Notes: generated by a model from the sequence alone, not told the origin. DNA of 63,982 nt, filler included, from Aduncisulcus paluster (GCA_024181965.1; 8 parts of 8 records of this genome joined end to end with filler, not necessarily neighbours in it), one strand, 5' to 3'; shown: positions 48,595 to 61,223, numbered from the whole stretch's first letter. A program made the numbers and translations.

Positions 48595-50078
48595 ATTCGA
48601 ACCCTTGGGGAGGAGAAGAAGGAGGAGAGAGAGGCGGACAGCGATAAGCATGAGGACAAAGAAGTGAAGAGAGACGAAGGGGAGGGAACAGGAGAGCTGA
48701 GAGAGAGAGGAGGGAGAGAGAGGGGATCAAAGATGAATATACCTGCATCGTCAGACTCATAAGAGATGGCAGACTCAGAAGAACACCACGTTCCAAGCCT
48801 CCAGCATCCCTCACATGCATCAATATACCTCAATCCAGAAATATCTTCACTCACGATGGGAGCAGACTCACCAAAGGAGATGTCAACTTCTCTCCGACTC
48901 CATACTTTCCTGTCACGGAGACACAGCCACTCACAGAGACTCGCAGTCGTGGCCCCAATGCACCCACTAATCCCACAGATGGATAGCACAGGGAGTTCTT
49001 CTTGGCTGAGCGTAGACATAGAGAGATCAGTGAGGAGGGGTGAGGCGAGGAGTGTGGAGATGGTCCTTGAAAGAACCACCTCAGGGAAGGAGATATGAAG
49101 GGAAACAGCAGATGCAGTGGCTTCGGTGGGACACAGGAGCATCTGATGCATAGAATCAAGGCTCTGAGGAGTGAAACAGAGCTTTCCTCCACAAAGAATA
49201 TTATTAAATAGGATATGAGTATTGATATTAATATCAGGCGCAATAGAAATTACTGGAAATACGTTAACGAGTGATGAACAGATATATTTGACAATGTCTT
49301 CATCAACATCTTCGAAACAGCAGCATAAAGAGGAGTAAATAATATTCTTATGCAGCATTAGAGAATATGGAGACGAAATAATAGATGAATGGTCACCTTT
49401 ATGCGTGTGGATAAGAGAAAAGATGTGAAATGAGAGGATAGAGAATGAATTCTTGGAAGCTTGAGAAAGGATGGCCATTGATCGGCACTTCGAATAAAAA
49501 TCAATACAAAACTCCAACATGTCACTCATTTCTTGGTTTTCAGATGTATCTCCATCTAATTTGAATGAAATAGAGTTGAGAAGAGCAAGAATAGCTTTCG
49601 GGGCGGGTAAGGTACAAGCGCATAAAATAGTTTTGAATAATACTTCAGATAATCTGCAACAAATAACCGTCAGAAGATCTGGCTGTGCATTAAGTTTATA
49701 TGTAAGTGTATGCGGCTGGGTAGACAATTTCATGGTTAATTCAACAGTAAGAGTGTCAAATATCCCAACTAACTGGGTAAATAACTGAGGAAGATTAGTT
49801 AGAGCAGCGTACGCATTCATGATATCCTTTAATATTGTTTTGAGCACAGAAGCTCGATGAGAATTTTGTTTGTCAAATAATGATAACGATGGGATACAAA
49901 TACCCTGCATAATTTGTTTTTTATCTTCCATGGATATAGATTGAGTTTGTAAAAAGGTAGGGCTTATAAAACTGGAGTTGTCAGCATGGCAAGAACGTGA
50001 ACATGCCAAAAAACATTGAGATACAGAAGATTCTAGTTGTTTTGCAATAGATAATGCATTTTGGATAACCGGTTGCAT
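48595..50078 (-). CDS. Hypothetical helical protein, 3' truncated; weak resemblance to the NCKAP1/Nap1 N-terminus
   Basis: Open frame from ATG 50078 to the linker; the family resemblance is by eye only. Confidence 0.7.
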
Positions 50079-50485
50079 ATTTTTCCTCCAACAGAATATG
50101 GAACAAATGAAGAAAACGATTCGCCTTTTTTCATTTTTTAAAAACTTTCTTAATATTCTTGCTTATAGCTTAAAATATATTCCATTTTCTCTTTAGATAC
50201 AATAATTCATATATAATCGGATTAAATACTTGAGAAATGGCTTCGACTCGAATCATCGGATGAAAATTTGAATTTACACACGTATCAAAGAGATGAAAGC
50301 ATTTTATATGCTTCTTCCACTAATAACAATAAGTAAAGTATGATATCCTGCAAGAATTAGGGGAATAATAGAAGGATTTATTATAATTTTTCGCAATCCT
50401 TTTTATAAGAAACTACGATTGTTATTTCATCGTACACCAATGTATTATCGAATTGACAACAATTAAAAACTATATTCTAAATATG

Positions 50486-51331
50486 TTACTGAACACTGTT
50501 AGATAATTCGTCTTCAGAGACAGATTCTTCTCTCTTTTGCCCTTTTGGTTTTGTATCTTTTTTCTTTGGTGCTGATTTATAGGCCTTTTTATAATTGTTC
50601 CTCATTTTCTGATTGAATCTATTTTTTTGATTATTTCTTTTGGATATCTTTTCCTTCTTCTTATTTTCTTCTTTTTCAATTCTTTTTTTTGATCTCCATT
50701 CACTGATAAGTGAAAGACAAAACGCCATGAAAAGAATTCCAAAGCCAAGGCAAACACAACAGAATATGTTCGAGAGGAAAACACTTTGATCAATAAAAAG
50801 AGTGAATACAAGGGTTATGGTATGACACAATTTTTCAAATGATGATTTAATGATTACATTGATTCCCAATGAATTCATTATGACAAAAATCTTCCCCAAT
50901 TGTCCGCCGAGAGTTCCATCAATCACTTTACAAGGATTGAGAATGATTATCATTGCAACATAAGCGACCAAAAGGCAACATCCAATCAGTGCAACATTTC
51001 TTGCAATACGAATTACTTTCATAAGAGGACTGGATAAGACGAATAATAAATAGAAAAAACCACAGCCAGAGAATAATATGAGGAAAAAAATCAATCCAAT
51101 AATGGTTTGATCTTGTAATAACATTTTTTCTTTTGCATATGTATCACATAAAACTTTCAAGACAACAGAGGTAATCATACCTTTCTCCAGCTTATCCTCG
51201 GAGAGAAAGATAAAAGCTCCAACAACTAGAGCAACAATAAAAGTTGATATAAATAAAGATTTCAGTTGAATCGGCATTTCAACGTTTCGACAATATGCCA
51301 AGAGTGGCAAAATAGTAAGATTTTCGATCAA
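50486..51331 (-). CDS. Multi-pass membrane protein with a Lys-rich C-terminal tail; start uncertain
   Basis: 281-codon ORF with 4-5 hydrophobic segments. The start may be the internal ATG (MPIQLK), or ATG 51375 if the T5 run at 51356-51360 is one base short. Confidence 0.7.
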   Translation of the reverse strand: MIENLTILPLLAYCRNVEMPIQLKSLFISTFIVALVVGAFIFLSEDKLEKGMITSVVLKVLCDTYAKEKMLLQDQTIIGLIFFLILFSGCGFFYLLFVLSSPLMKVIRIARNVALIGCCLLVAYVAMIIILNPCKVIDGTLGGQLGKIFVIMNSLGINVIIKSSFEKLCHTITLVFTLFIDQSVFLSNIFCCVCLGFGILFMAFCLSLISEWRSKKRIEKEENKKKEKISKRNNQKNRFNQKMRNNYKKAYKSAPKKKDTKPKGQKREESVSEDELSNSVQ

Positions 51332-51469
51332 TTTTTCTATAATGCTATTCTGTGGAAAAATTCGGAAAATGGCATAATAATTGTTTAATATAATTTCAAT
51401 AAATAAATAATTTGATATATATAATTTTATTGTATTAGATTTCCAACTGGAAGCAAATCCCCTGATTCT

Positions 51470-52853
51470 TCACAAATTATCCATGAGAGATGTGACCATT
51501 TCCTTTTTTTCATGAGTTTCAATAAGATTAGAAACCAATACGGACGAAAATATTCCTTCTCGAGTGACCCTAACCAGCATTCCCCCTACGATACAAGCCC
51601 CAACAACTCCAGCATTTCGTTTACCCGATGCAATCCTTGAGAATTCTTTTGGGGTGAGTGAATCGTGAGTTCTTTGGTCTTGGGAACGAACGAATGGCAA
51701 TGACATACACTGATATAGCAATGAATCAATCTCCTTCCCTTCTCCTTTCAACGTATCATGGATAGTTTTTGCCAAAGACCATGATCTCTCTTGAGAAGAT
51801 CTGCCTTCGCTCCAGCGTATCACAACACAGAACAACCCAAGTTCAATAGAAAGCAACGACTTTGACTCCGCATCGAAGAACAAAGTTGAAGGAGGTGGTC
51901 TGAGAACAGGATGGGAAGTACACAGCTCATCCAAAGTCTTCCTGATTGAGCCAAGAACATTGGCATATGAATGAGATGACATTGTAATTTTTTCACCTGC
52001 ATCATGCTTGCACAAACATGACCCATCCTTTGTGAAATCAAACTTAGATGTCACATATAACTCAGTGTCGCCCCTCATTGTGTAATGCAAGTCATACTTA
52101 TCAGGAGAATCAGAAGAATGGGGAGAAGCACTACCTGCATCATCAACAACACTGTCATCACCTTCTCCTCTCTCTCCTCTCCCCGCTCTCTCTCCTCTCC
52201 CCGCTCTCTCTCCTCTATCTTTCGGCTCTCTCTCAGTCTCAGTGTCCCACAGTACAGTTGAGGCTGGCTTTTGTATGGGTGCTCGCAGTTCAAGAGGGTA
52301 TATCCCACTGATGAACAACTCAGCCCTCTCACTGATATCTACACGAGAGATCACAACTTTGCCCGACCACAGGGAACAACATAGATAAATTCTAAAAATA
52401 GAATCCACACCGATCAACTTCTTCAGACTGAGTGAATGGATTGACAAACCATGACTACGCCCACTTCCACACCGTTCAATTGCGTCCGAGGACGTCAAGA
52501 CAACATCACAAGGACGATCATAAACGCTTACAGATCCAGACACTCCGTGTGGAATTGAAAACATACCCAACTGAACCATTTCTACATCTTTTCCGGCAAT
52601 CGATGAGACCTTTACACAGTAGATGAAGGACATCCCAGTGTCTGAACAACATACAAGGAGAACATAATGGAATTTCTCCTCCGCAAACATAGATTTGAAA
52701 TCCAGCTCTGGCTCATCGTCAAAGGCTCCGATAGATCTAAATGAGGTTGCAGAAGTTACTTTTGAATGTCGGTTAAATTGCCTACGATCCTTACTATGAT
52801 CCCTTATATCTTCCTCTTCTTTGAATTTTTTATGTTGTTTCTTCTTTTTCCTC
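51470..52853 (-). CDS. Hypothetical protein, 5' truncated; contains a short GERAGR tandem repeat
   Basis: 406-aa ORF with coding-like sequence continuing toward the linker; 18-nt tandem unit near 52165-52216. Confidence 0.7.
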
Positions 52854-52953
52854 NNNNNNNNNNNNNNNNNNNNNNNNNNNNNNNNNNNNNNNNNNNNTTA
52901 ATTAATTAANNNNNNNNNNNNNNNNNNNNNNNNNNNNNNNNNNNNNNNNNNNN

Positions 52954-53446
52954 CGGCAGAATATAGATTTCCAGCAGATACTTGGACAATATTCGTCAGT
53001 TTATCGCCATCCTTTGTCATGACATACACAGGAGTTGTAACTCCATGTGCACTTATATTACCATCACCAAGACATCCACAGCGGCCATTTCCGAAAGACA
53101 TGACATGGCCACTTTCACATGTAACAACAGTATGATCAATACCACAACACACTTGAATCGCCTTCTCTTTACCAAGATTCACCTTGGAGAAACGTGTTTT
53201 TGTGACATCAGGAGACCCAGAATATCCTAACCCATCGTGCCGTCCATTGGTTCCACAAGTGTAGAGTTCTCCATCTGATGTCACAAAGGCAACGATGGTA
53301 ATATTGGCAGAAATATCAATTGCATGCTCAGCGGCAGGATGAGTAACAGGAGCATGAAAACACACATCCATCTCAGAATCGACATATTTTGCAGGAATGC
53401 CCATAAAGTTACTGGCTTTACCACAAAAATACACCGTTTTGGGCAT
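52954..53446 (-). CDS. RCC1/BLIP-II repeat protein, 3' truncated
   Basis: AFVTSDGELYTCG...LG, IQVCCGIDHTVVTCESGHVMSFGNGRCGCLGDG and IVQVSAG repeats. Confidence 0.88.
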
Positions 53447-53743
53447 TTTGATACGGACGATAAGTCTACTTCGGAAAGAAACATGAACATCAAAAAAAAC
53501 AAAAACTCAACATTGCCAGTGTCAAGGATATATGCTTTCATCAGCCGAAATGATATGAATAATAACTTGGAAATCGATTATTTTTACTAAAAAAATAACA
53601 ACAACAAAACAACAAGACAGGAATAACCGTTACAAGAGGGTGGAAGTGACTTAGAATATCTTTCAATCTGAAAATGAACAATACAATAAGCTAAAAAAAG
53701 AAAAAGGACTTGCGAGAATCAATTATATAACAAGAATGGTCCC

Positions 53744-56700
53744 TTAACGAGCATATTTCCCACGCTCTTCGGCATATTGTTTATCGGCATGACGAGTGAT
53801 GGCGACAAACACTTCTTCGAAACCAGTTTCTCTAAGACTCCAGTTAATGACAATTCCATCGGGTCTTTGTGAATTGGCCTCATTATCTTCCAAGGCCTGG
53901 ACAAATCTTGCGAACTTGGCCTTTTCCTCAGGAGAGTGCTTGTCAGGAATTGCCAAAGAGAGTCTTCCTCCAGTTCTTCCAACAAGCTTAGCATCTGGCA
54001 TGAATGGAATGACAATCTCATCACGGATTCTGAGGACGTTCTTCTTGGTGGTCTCAAGATCAATTCTGTATCCGAGACCATAAGTTTTCTTCAAATGCAT
54101 ACCAGTTCCAATGCATCTGAGCTTTCCATGAGCCATAATACCGATACGATCGGCAAGAACTTCACATTCTTCCATGGCGTGAGTAGTCAAGATAACGACA
54201 CGGTTCTCACGGGCACGGAGAATGGCATCCCACACCTTTCTTCTTGAGACAGGGTCCAGACCAGTGGTGGGTTCATCGAGGAAGATAGCAACAGGGTTAC
54301 CCATCAAAGAGATGGCAAGAGAAACACGACGCTTCATACCACCGGATAACGATCCGACAGTCTGATCAACCTTCTCAAGAAGAGCGACATCAAAGGCAGC
54401 CTCAACACATCTGCAAGTCAAAGCAGACTTGTAGGAGCCGTTAGAATCTGTCATGAGCTTGATGGCCTTAGCACGGAGTTCTTGAACGTTGTCACCTCCT
54501 TCTTTCTCAATCTTGTCCATAACATTAATATAAATCTCGGATGGGTCTCCCTTGTTGGCACCCTTGAGTTCTCCAAAGATCTCAAGATGTTCCAGAGGGG
54601 TAAGATTATCCCAGAGAGTATCGAACTGACTACACAAACCAATGTGCTCACTGACGAGCGCACGCTGCTTATAAGTGTCATATCCCATAATGGTGGCAAA
54701 TCCACCAGCAGGTTCAAGGGCTCCAGTGAGAACATTGATGGTTGTAGACTTTCCAGCACCATTCTTACCCAAAAGACCGAAGATAGTGTTACGTTTAATG
54801 GAGAAGAACACACGGTTAACAGCTTGGAAGTCCTTGCTACTGGTGCAACATCTCCACTTCCTGTAGATAACTTCAAGGTCGGCAATACGGACAACGGGAT
54901 ATTCGGGATCCTCGGGGGCAAGGACATCGCTGGGATCGACAGGAGGGAACCGGTCAAGTTCTTCGTTAAAACCGGAGATAATGTCTTCCTGCTCATCATC
55001 AACGAGTCCATCCATGTCGGTAGCATCTCCACTTATTCCCCTCTCAATATCCAATTGGCGTTTCCTCTCAATCATCTTCTTCTTCATGAACTCATCAATG
55101 GCCTTCTGACGGTCAGGAACACGGTCAGGGCGGATCATATCAAGACCATAACGAAGCCTATTGAACTCCTCCTTCACATCATTGTCCCAACCTTTCTCAG
55201 TTCCTCGAACACCTGCATCAATGAGCAGATCATCAATGTCGGCAGCCTTTTGGACCTGAGGACACCAGAAGTCCTTTGTGAAGATGAAGAGAGGACTACG
55301 ACCAGAACCATGAGATCCTTCCATAACATTGTCAAAATAAACCGTGAGAAGGAAGAAGATGATACAGGAAACGAACATGTACATGTATGAATGCCACAAA
55401 GGGTAGTTGGTATCATCGGAATACTGCATGGCCCATGTGAACTTCTCGGGTTCGTGGATGATCTGTTTGTTGTCATCTGTAGTGATTTCACTTGTTGTGG
55501 TGTATGTACCGATAAGATTGAGCATGTGGACAAGATCCAGAGGGAAGAAGAGGATACTCAGGAATCCTCTGAAGAAGAGAAGACCCTTGTCATTGTATCT
55601 TTCATCGTCTGTGCCTGGGTACAATTTATCTTCGGCATAGACGGTACACACGAGAGAACCACCGGCCACGATAAGGAACATAATCATAGCAGAACCGACA
55701 GCACCACGAGAGGATGGGATGAGGGTTGAGAGGAAAGTCGAGAGGAGGGTAACAACAAAGAAGTAAAAGGAGTACATGAAGAACTGGATCATGAAACTAG
55801 TGTGCACCATACTCTCCAATTTCACAACATACATACCAAAGATGATCAAAATACATGAGGAAAGAATACATATGGCACCACGGATGGTCAAGAAACTGAA
55901 CCAGAAGGGTAAATCTTTGAGACCAGCAGTAGCCATAGCACGACGAAGCCCAGAAGCCTTCTCAGACACGAGTTTTACGATAACAACGGCAGAGAAAACT
56001 GTACAGGCAAGGGAAAGCACGACGGGAACACCTGTGGCGGTGATATCAATCAAGTAACCATAATCAGTGAGCTCGGGGAAATAACGCAAATAAGGAGAGA
56101 TAATGTTCTTAAATCCAGCGTATTCACCAACAACAGTCTCATCGAAGTGGAGACTCTCGGAAGCAAGCATCGTCTCAACACCAATAGCGCGATGCATCAA
56201 AGCATTGAGAATCAGAGGAATATTGGCAGCAGTGTCACTACTATCGGTAGAGTTGTACATAACCCTGTATCTCCAGTATTTTTCGGTTGTGGAAGGATCA
56301 GAGGGAGTAATTTTATCAAGGACATATCCTCCGGCAGCTCTACCGGGACAATTAACGAGCCAGGTATCCATTTCATCGAAGGAATCAAACATAATAATGT
56401 CTTTATCCAACACAAGCTGGTAATCTCTGTCATCATTCACCTCCTCGGCTTTCACATCAGGATCTTCGTGATCCCATGGGTAAGGATTACTGGAGGGTCC
56501 ATGGAGATAACCAACATATGTCATAATCCGGTCAATGGCAATACGAGCAGAATCCGATGATGAATTATCACCTGGTGCATAAACCAAAACAGGACAATAG
56601 TCACAAGTGAATCCTTCATCAACAACTGGATAATCTGGAACAACACACTCAGGAAGGGTTGATAAGTCAATAGACTGAGGGTGATAAACGGGAGGAATAG

Positions 56701-56836
56701 GATCTTCTTGTTGGTTGAGCAGAGCCAACAAACAGATAGCTGGTAGGAACAACTGAAGAATCAAGGAAATTGGATTCCTCACCGTAACACGGAACTCCTT
56801 TTTAAGCAAAGTCCAATAATGTCTGAAAAAAGCCAT
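53744..56836 (-). CDS. ABCA: ABC transporter subfamily A, half-size (TMD + NBD)
   Basis: N-terminal LLKKEF..RNP motif, EKASGLRRAM...GL loop, Walker A GKNGAGKST, signature LSGGMKRR, Walker B FLDEPTTGLDP, TTHAMEE. ATG 56836 preferred over the TTG at 56929. Confidence 0.93.
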   Translation of the reverse strand: MAFFRHYWTLLKKEFRVTVRNPISLILQLFLPAICLLALLNQQEDPIPPVYHPQSIDLSTLPECVVPDYPVVDEGFTCDYCPVLVYAPGDNSSSDSARIAIDRIMTYVGYLHGPSSNPYPWDHEDPDVKAEEVNDDRDYQLVLDKDIIMFDSFDEMDTWLVNCPGRAAGGYVLDKITPSDPSTTEKYWRYRVMYNSTDSSDTAANIPLILNALMHRAIGVETMLASESLHFDETVVGEYAGFKNIISPYLRYFPELTDYGYLIDITATGVPVVLSLACTVFSAVVIVKLVSEKASGLRRAMATAGLKDLPFWFSFLTIRGAICILSSCILIIFGMYVVKLESMVHTSFMIQFFMYSFYFFVVTLLSTFLSTLIPSSRGAVGSAMIMFLIVAGGSLVCTVYAEDKLYPGTDDERYNDKGLLFFRGFLSILFFPLDLVHMLNLIGTYTTTSEITTDDNKQIIHEPEKFTWAMQYSDDTNYPLWHSYMYMFVSCIIFFLLTVYFDNVMEGSHGSGRSPLFIFTKDFWCPQVQKAADIDDLLIDAGVRGTEKGWDNDVKEEFNRLRYGLDMIRPDRVPDRQKAIDEFMKKKMIERKRQLDIERGISGDATDMDGLVDDEQEDIISGFNEELDRFPPVDPSDVLAPEDPEYPVVRIADLEVIYRKWRCCTSSKDFQAVNRVFFSIKRNTIFGLLGKNGAGKSTTINVLTGALEPAGGFATIMGYDTYKQRALVSEHIGLCSQFDTLWDNLTPLEHLEIFGELKGANKGDPSEIYINVMDKIEKEGGDNVQELRAKAIKLMTDSNGSYKSALTCRCVEAAFDVALLEKVDQTVGSLSGGMKRRVSLAISLMGNPVAIFLDEPTTGLDPVSRRKVWDAILRARENRVVILTTHAMEECEVLADRIGIMAHGKLRCIGTGMHLKKTYGLGYRIDLETTKKNVLRIRDEIVIPFMPDAKLVGRTGGRLSLAIPDKHSPEEKAKFARFVQALEDNEANSQRPDGIVINWSLRETGFEEVFVAITRHADKQYAEERGKYAR

Positions 56837-57297
56837 GCGAAAAGGGGCAAAAAGAAAGAAATCAGAAAATTGAGTCTTCGGTTCTAGCCGGTGGGCACTA
56901 CGAGTTTTCCTTTGACAAATTAGAATCAATAAATCATTATTATATTTGTTTAGATATATTTTTGGTCGAAAATTTAGTACTCTTCAGAATTTAGCTTGAT
57001 ATTATTAACGAGGCATCCACTAAGAATATTAGCAAAATTTGATAAGCAACTTTATTTTCATATATTTATATAATTGCATCACGATTCTACCTCCGTTTTA
57101 CAGTCTATTTGGCAAGATGCCAAAACAAACTATTGTAGACTGAGAAATAACAAGAAGACAAAATTATAAGAGAGGTAAGAATTCATAAAAGTCATATGTA
57201 AAAGAAATGACCGCAAAATATTTGCTTTTTATACAACTTGTGGCTTGATAGATAAGTTTGGAGCAATTCCCATTCAAATATATTTTACTATTTCAAT

Positions 57298-59412
57298 ATG
57301 GATGATAAAAGTACCTTTTCTGATCATGATAACGATGAAAAAATTGAAGATTCTTCCACGGATGCTCAAAAGAAGGAGTTAACAATATCTCAATCACTTT
57401 CGCTTCATCATACTGAAATATTTAAAGAAAAACCTTTTCCTAAATCCTCGGGAAAGAGAAGAAAGAAAAAAAGTGTTTATAGTTCTAGAAGGAAAGGTAG
57501 AACAGCCGATATAATTTCTTCTCCGTTAAGTAGCCCTCGGCATACCGAAAAATTAGGATCAGATTTTTCGATAAGAAATTTTGTAGGGAATGATATTTCA
57601 AGGGCTGATAGAATAATATGTGATATTGACACTCTATTGGAAATGACTCCTGAGACAATTGATACATCAAGTTTGTTCGAAATTATTGAATCTATTTTTC
57701 AGTGTAATTCCAGTGTTAGATGTATTTTAGCTGAGAGGGAGTCCTTTTTTACATTTGTTCAAGCTTCATTCCATGATCCTCTCGTTCATTCATTATTGCT
57801 TCATATAATTTGTCAGGGAACTTTTGACAACACTAAACATGGTTCTTTTCGTCTAACATTAAAAATATTGCCTCTTTGGCTATCTGTTGCGTGCTCTGTG
57901 TGTTCATCCATGGTCTCCACACCGGGATTTAAAGCATATCTGGAGGAGGGGGAAAAGGTTGATAAAACATTTGGACGGCTTGAAAAGTCTGATTCACTCA
58001 TTTATGGGATTTTTAAATTGTCTTTTCCGGCATTCCCGACTTCATTCAGAACTATTTTCGATCTCTTGCCCTTCTCCCTTTTGTCTTCTCTTGACATTTG
58101 TCTTCAATCCCTTTTTAACTTATTTACAGTTAAAGCCGATATTCGGACGAAGATTTTCAGTGTTCTTGTCTCATCTATGCCGATAATAGAGAAGTGTCTG
58201 AAACCTATGATACACCATAACACCGTGCGTGGTGGTATGAAAATACGACTCTGGAGTGTATTGTCTTCTTGTATTGATGGCCTTTGTCGATTTCCAACGC
58301 CGTTCCCACCTTCTTTTATTGCTCTTATATTCTCGTATTTTGTTCGTTATAATTGGCCTTTTTCGTCATATTCTGATCTTCTCTCACACACTTCATGTTC
58401 ATCCTCAGTCCATTCAAGACAATTCTCCTCATGTGAAGCTCTCCTTGAGTCTGTATGTACATGTGTTGTGACAATAATGGAGACTCAATCCACCCCTCGG
58501 CTTCGTTCTATTCTCAGTGTTGTGTGGAAGAAAATGAAAGTTTTGGAATCTATCGAAAATGTTTTAAAAGAAGGAGAAAAAACTCTTGATTCTGTGAATG
58601 AAGGAGAAACGAGCGATTCAACAGTTCGCAGAAATCCTGGATTGTCTATTCCGATTGAGAGAGAAGAGGGTACGGACTCAAAACGTCCCGAGGATTCTTC
58701 AGAACCAGTGTCTTCTTGTACTTTCTCATTCCGAGCTTTCCTCTGTTGTGTTGACGTCCTTTGTGTTTATATGTACCTCTGTGGCATTGATATTCCGACA
58801 TGTTCCAAGGTTGTTCCCATCCTCTCAAAGGTTATTCTTCTTGTTGTAAGCGAAGAAGACAAGGACGAACGTTCTGCTCTCTTGGGGGCCGAAAAGAGAG
58901 ATGATCAGACTCCGGTTTCTGTCACTTCCTCTGCTTCTTCCTTGGGAATCAAGAGGCATTCTCCAACACGTGTTCTAGATCGTGATTCTTCTGATGTTTT
59001 ATATGGAGAGAGGAAAGAGGTTGAGAAGGATTCGACTGAATGCAAAGACTCAGCACTCATTCTGAATGATAAAAGATGTCAGAAAGATCTCTCTGTATTG
59101 GCATCAATGGAATATTTATCAATGGTATCTCTGTCATCTTTGTTCTTCTTCTCTGTGTGTGTATCATTGGAACCTCAGCATTTCCTTCCACTCTGCGCAA
59201 CCCTTCTAAAAATGGATCACATCAGTATGATAACTCGGCTTGCTACAAGCTGTGTTGCCTTGGAGAGAATAGTGACAAAAGAGGGTGAAACGGACATTCC
59301 AGCACATGGTGGACGGGCTATGCTCAAGGTTACTGCGACTAGATTGATATCAATGCTGAGGATGATCAAAGATTCAGTTTCTGGATCAAAAATATCAGAG
59401 GGGAAGAAGTGA
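57298..59412 (+). CDS. Hypothetical protein, 704 aa
   Basis: Intact ORF, divergent from the ABCA gene; no family recognised. Confidence 0.75.
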   Translation: MDDKSTFSDHDNDEKIEDSSTDAQKKELTISQSLSLHHTEIFKEKPFPKSSGKRRKKKSVYSSRRKGRTADIISSPLSSPRHTEKLGSDFSIRNFVGNDISRADRIICDIDTLLEMTPETIDTSSLFEIIESIFQCNSSVRCILAERESFFTFVQASFHDPLVHSLLLHIICQGTFDNTKHGSFRLTLKILPLWLSVACSVCSSMVSTPGFKAYLEEGEKVDKTFGRLEKSDSLIYGIFKLSFPAFPTSFRTIFDLLPFSLLSSLDICLQSLFNLFTVKADIRTKIFSVLVSSMPIIEKCLKPMIHHNTVRGGMKIRLWSVLSSCIDGLCRFPTPFPPSFIALIFSYFVRYNWPFSSYSDLLSHTSCSSSVHSRQFSSCEALLESVCTCVVTIMETQSTPRLRSILSVVWKKMKVLESIENVLKEGEKTLDSVNEGETSDSTVRRNPGLSIPIEREEGTDSKRPEDSSEPVSSCTFSFRAFLCCVDVLCVYMYLCGIDIPTCSKVVPILSKVILLVVSEEDKDERSALLGAEKRDDQTPVSVTSSASSLGIKRHSPTRVLDRDSSDVLYGERKEVEKDSTECKDSALILNDKRCQKDLSVLASMEYLSMVSLSSLFFFSVCVSLEPQHFLPLCATLLKMDHISMITRLATSCVALERIVTKEGETDIPAHGGRAMLKVTATRLISMLRMIKDSVSGSKISEGKK

Positions 59413-61101
59413 AGAGGTGATGAGAAAGAATCTCCATGAATATATCGTAAATTGAATAATGAATGAAGGAATAAATTTCCGTCCATCTCAAATTGAGATC
59501 TTCACTGAATATTCAACATGATTTTTGAAACCTCAAATGTCACACTGTTTGACCCCGGAACAAAGGGATTAATCATTTATCATTAATATTCCAGTTTGAA
59601 TCTCGAAGTTTGAACCAACAGTGTTTAACACTCAATCAACCAATGACTCATCCTTTCAAGCAACTGTGAAAGATTGACGGGAACATTCCTTGTGATTTAC
59701 AACCTTTGAAAATCTTTATTATTGCCACCTCAACATATGAATCATCACTATCGATCCTGGAACCAATAAGAGAACAATTATCGCGACATTAAGTCCAGGA
59801 TAAACATTATCAATGGTGGAAATTTGCTTGATAACACACAGAACATCATCATTCAAGAACTTCAAGAAAGAGAAGCTAACCAGCTTCATTGTTTTCTTTC
59901 GACAATATTTCCATAAATCATGGATATTCCCATAATCTATCAATAATCTGTCAATAATCTGTCAATAAATGGTGGTGTTATTCATGAATAGAAAACACAT
60001 TTCTAAAAATAGAAAATCTAAAAATAGAAAATTCAAAAAATACCTTGTCTTGAAATTGACCAAAAATGCCAATAATGGTATTTATCTGAGATAATTCTAT
60101 CAGATAATGCGATATCCTCGAATTCATATCATCAATATCTCCACCAGTCAAAGTCAAAATACAAAACACAAATCTTGTCAAATGACGATGANNNNNNNNN
60201 NNNNNNNNNNNNNNNNNNNNNNNNNNNNNNNNNNNTTAATTAATTAANNNNNNNNNNNNNNNNNNNNNNNNNNNNNNNNNNNNNNNNNNNNGTCACACAA
60301 CACACAAAAATAAGGTAATTTAAGATAATTTTGATCAAAATGTGGTGTTACCTTAGTTATAAGAATAAAACCAATCTTAGCAAGACTATGCTTGAAGACA
60401 ATTTACTGTTTAAGATGAATCAGAATCTCGTTGAAGAAATCAATTAATCAATAATCGAATCAACAATGAAATATAAATAAAATAAATATAAATTAAATAA
60501 AATAAATAAAATATAATTATAAAACAAATAAATAAATAATAATATATCAAAGATTGAGAAAAATTAGAACATCACCACAGAAGTTATCATCTTATTATAT
60601 TAAAGGATTAAGAATGTTTTATTTTTTGGTTCCGGTTTGGTTTCAAATCCAAAAACTGGGAATTTATATTTTATTTCAAAATAGTAAATTTGCTCCAAGC
60701 ATAAATTCTGTAGAACAGCTAACAATCTGTTAACAACGATTTCTGAGCGTTCTTGATTTCTCTCCCTTCTCAGCTGCTGTAAACTTATACCTCTTTCCGT
60801 GGCCTCTCTTCTCTTCTGCTTCTCTTCTATCCCTCCCTTCCTGTCTTCTTCTCGAGAAATCTGGCCAGAGACTATTAGATTTAGCATAACTGAGGGCTTG
60901 AATCCATCCGAAGTCGACTTTTCCACGAAGGGAATGTTTAAAGGTTCTGTAGGGGGAATTGTTGGGAAAAAATTCAAAAACTGATAAATATTCGGTTTCT
61001 TCGATATTTACATTCGGATATTTCGTTTTAAATAGTTTCGTAACTGATTCAAGATTAATTATTGTTAGTTTTAACGATTCTTTTCCTTTTGGCTGCCGAA
61101 C

Positions 61102-61223
61102 TGTGAGCAGACATAACTGAAAATAAAGTTTAACGGTTCTACAGACTTCTATACGTGATACAATTTATTCTTTTCCTGATTCCCGGAGCGATACCGGTCT
61201 GCCGGTGCCAGCCGCCGCCAACA
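61102..61223 (-). mobile_element. Solo LTR, 122 bp, 4-bp TSD GAAC
   Basis: Minus strand TGTTGGCGGCGGCTGG...AATAAA...GCTCACA; GAAC at 61098-61101 and 61224-61227; related to 61757-61880. Confidence 0.78.

Noticed and set aside
59719-60181. Short minus-strand ORFs and an 11-nt tandem (TAATCTGTCAA)
   Set aside because: No coherent gene model or homology visible near the contig end.
60600-60977. 125-aa ORF next to the LTR nest
   Set aside because: TTG start, no recognisable motif, probably a composite of decayed sequence.
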